This document shows, one piece after another, positions 61,751 to 64,000 of a stretch of 64,000 nucleotides of DNA. The position numbers and the translations under genes are program-made. The number at the start of each line of letters is the position of its first letter. Positions within the stretch are counted from its first letter, which is position 1. The notes under the pieces are model-generated. The model did no database searches, was not told the origin of the DNA, and saw nothing but the letters and a program-made list of their open reading frames with translations. The stretch is from Octopus sinensis (Eukaryota), in NCBI RefSeq assembly GCF_006345805.1, contig NC_043016.1:3968001-4032000 (forward strand). Direction: 5' to 3'.

Positions 61751-63514
61751 TTGGCATATAACAAATATCTGAAGAATTGATGTTGGTATGCACTTTTCAT
61801 GTTTATTTAAATATAGAAATACTCTCCTCATTGACTTCCATGTACACCCAGTCACATATCATAGGATTGTGTTTGTGCATGTGTGTGTATGTACATCTGT
61901 ATTCACTAGCTAGATACATTTGTACAGATGTACACTGACATACATAAATAACTGCATACTTGTATACATAGTTGTGTATTCTTCCTTATATAGTCAAACT
62001 AATACCTTTATATTCACATCAAATATATACATACTTGTACACAGTATTATAATCGCAGGAATACAAGAACGCAGACAGGAACCTGGTGAAAAGAGTTTGT
62101 TGATTAAGTCTCAGTACTTGACTGGTACTTTATTTCATCAGTCTCAGAAAAATGGAAAGTAAATTTGACACGGACGAGACATGAACCTAGAATACAAACT
62201 CCACAGGTCATTTCTGTTGAAATGATGATGATGATGGTGCTGGTGATAATTTAAAATTTTGGCACACAAGGCCTGCAATTTTGAAAAGGAAAGGTTGATA
62301 GTAATGGTTTCAGTACATGACTGGTGGTTTGCTTTCCCTGTCAGAATAATAATAATGATGATAATGATAACTAAAGGCTTCTCATTTAGGAGGAAAGTTA
62401 TGGCGATTTACATTCATCATGTTTGTGCTTGGTATTGATATTTTGTCTACCACATAAAGATGAGAAGCAATCTTGATTGTGGTGAGATTTGAATTGGTAT
62501 GTAATTGTAATAATACTCATAGTGCTGACTATAATTTCTTATATGAACACAAGATCACAAATGTTTAGGAAATGGAGATTTCCTTGTCCTTGGAAGGAGG
62601 AAAGGCAAAGTTAACTTTTGTAGTATGTGAACTACAAATGTATAGAGCAGTAAAGGTATATACTGAAAAACATTTTGTTTAACTTACTATCATTTCTGAC
62701 AATAACAATAGTAATAATGATTTCTTTTATTTGCCACAGGGACATCAGATGAAAGGGGTTACTGTCTGTATAGAGATTTATATAAAATGATAAGAAGAAA
62801 GGAAGGAAGGAAGGGAAGGAAGAAGATTAAAAGTATTTATTCATAGTATTCATTCACTAAATGTGTAAACACAAGGGTGATGGAGTTTTCTTGAAGTAGA
62901 ACTTGTAGCTAAGGTCAATCAAGAAGCCACACAAGTCCAAGATCACCTTGATCACCAAAGACACATGCCCTCAGCCAACTTGTTCTCTAATCTACATATG
63001 CATGTTAATAGTAGTTCCATTCATCCTAACCATTTTTGTCATAGTCCCTTCCTTCTGACAAGTTGGCTGGGGTAGAGCACTTCTCTTCTCCACCCCCACC
63101 TTCCTTTTTAAGCGGAGCCTAAAAAGGACTTGAAAAGGGCTTCACTGAAGTGGAAGGCATCTATCCGCAATCTTTTCAGCCTTGTCCACTGCACAGTCCC
63201 TTTTGTCATAGCTACAAAGCAAAGGAACGCTGGCTGCCCAGTTTAAGTAGCTGATCCCCATGGTAAAATCTGCTGATAACTGTCTCGCTCTCTCACACAC
63301 ACACCATTTTGCTAAATTCTTTTTTATTTTATATTTTATTTTATCACTTTGTTGATTTGTTTTGGCTTTCCTAATTACATTATTGCATACACAAATAGCC
63401 AATTTGATCAATTATACCAGATGGAAAGAGAAGGGTATCATCAGGGTTAAGAGATGATGCCATACAGTGTCAGGAAGTGACAAGGAGACAACAAAGTCAA
63501 CAATACATTTAAAA

Positions 63515-63544
<30 letters not shown>

Positions 63545-63545
<1 letters not shown>

Positions 63546-64000
63546 GGATTGGTTGTATGGTAAGTAGTTTGCTTACCAACCACATGGTTCCAAGTTCAGT
63601 CCCACTGTGTGGCACCTTGGGCAAGTGTCTTCTACTATAGCCTCAGGCCAACCAAAGCCTTGTGAGTGGATTTGGTAGACGGAAACTGAAAAATGCCTGT
63701 CATGTATATATATATATATATATATATATATGTAATCACACCAACATAAGTTGTCAAGCAATGGTTGGGGGACAAACTCAGATACACAAACATATATATA
63801 TATATGTTTGTGTATCTGAGTTTGTCCCCCAACCATTGCTTGACAACTTATGTTGGTGTGATTACATCCCCGTAACTTAGCGGTTCGGCTAGAAGAGATC
63901 AATAGAATAAGTACTAGGCTTACAAAGAATAAGTCCCGGGATTGATTTGTTTGACTAAAGGCGGTGCTCCAGCATGGCCACAGTCAAATGACTGAAACAA
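63545..64000 (+). mobile_element. SINE family B containing an internal inverted duplication
   Basis: Head at about 63547, CORE-like motif, tail at the window end; 63730-63867 is a perfect palindrome. Confidence 0.9.

Noticed and set aside
63142-63411. 89-aa minus-strand ORF and a possible HDV-like fold
   Set aside because: No recognisable domain or convincing splice context; only a partial P1 pairing and no P2.

Overview
AT-rich eukaryotic (animal) genomic DNA, dense in (TA)n, (CAT)n, (TAA)n and (TAG)n microsatellites. The repeat families resemble those of Octopus (inference from repeat content, not verified). Most of the window is decayed transposons: Tx1-like, R4/Dong-like, RTE and CR1-like LINE fragments, several tRNA-derived SINE families, mariner, maT/Tc1-like, Chapaev3-like and Helitron DNA elements, and Penelope-like (PLE) remnants. 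One convincing host gene starts here: coding exon 1 at 50267-50515 (+) encodes a mitochondrial-presequence-like N-terminus and ends at a GTAAGT donor, with an NRF1-type motif in a CpG-containing promoter that may be bidirectional. The main unannotated signal is a cluster of type I hammerhead-ribozyme motifs from several sequence families between about 28 and 60 kb, including long-stem-II forms, minimal dimer-type forms and a G3-C8 core-swap variant. Several sit in or beside long fold-back palindromes and PLE remnants. There is a 100-N scaffold gap at 58124-58223. Boundaries of degraded repeats are approximate.
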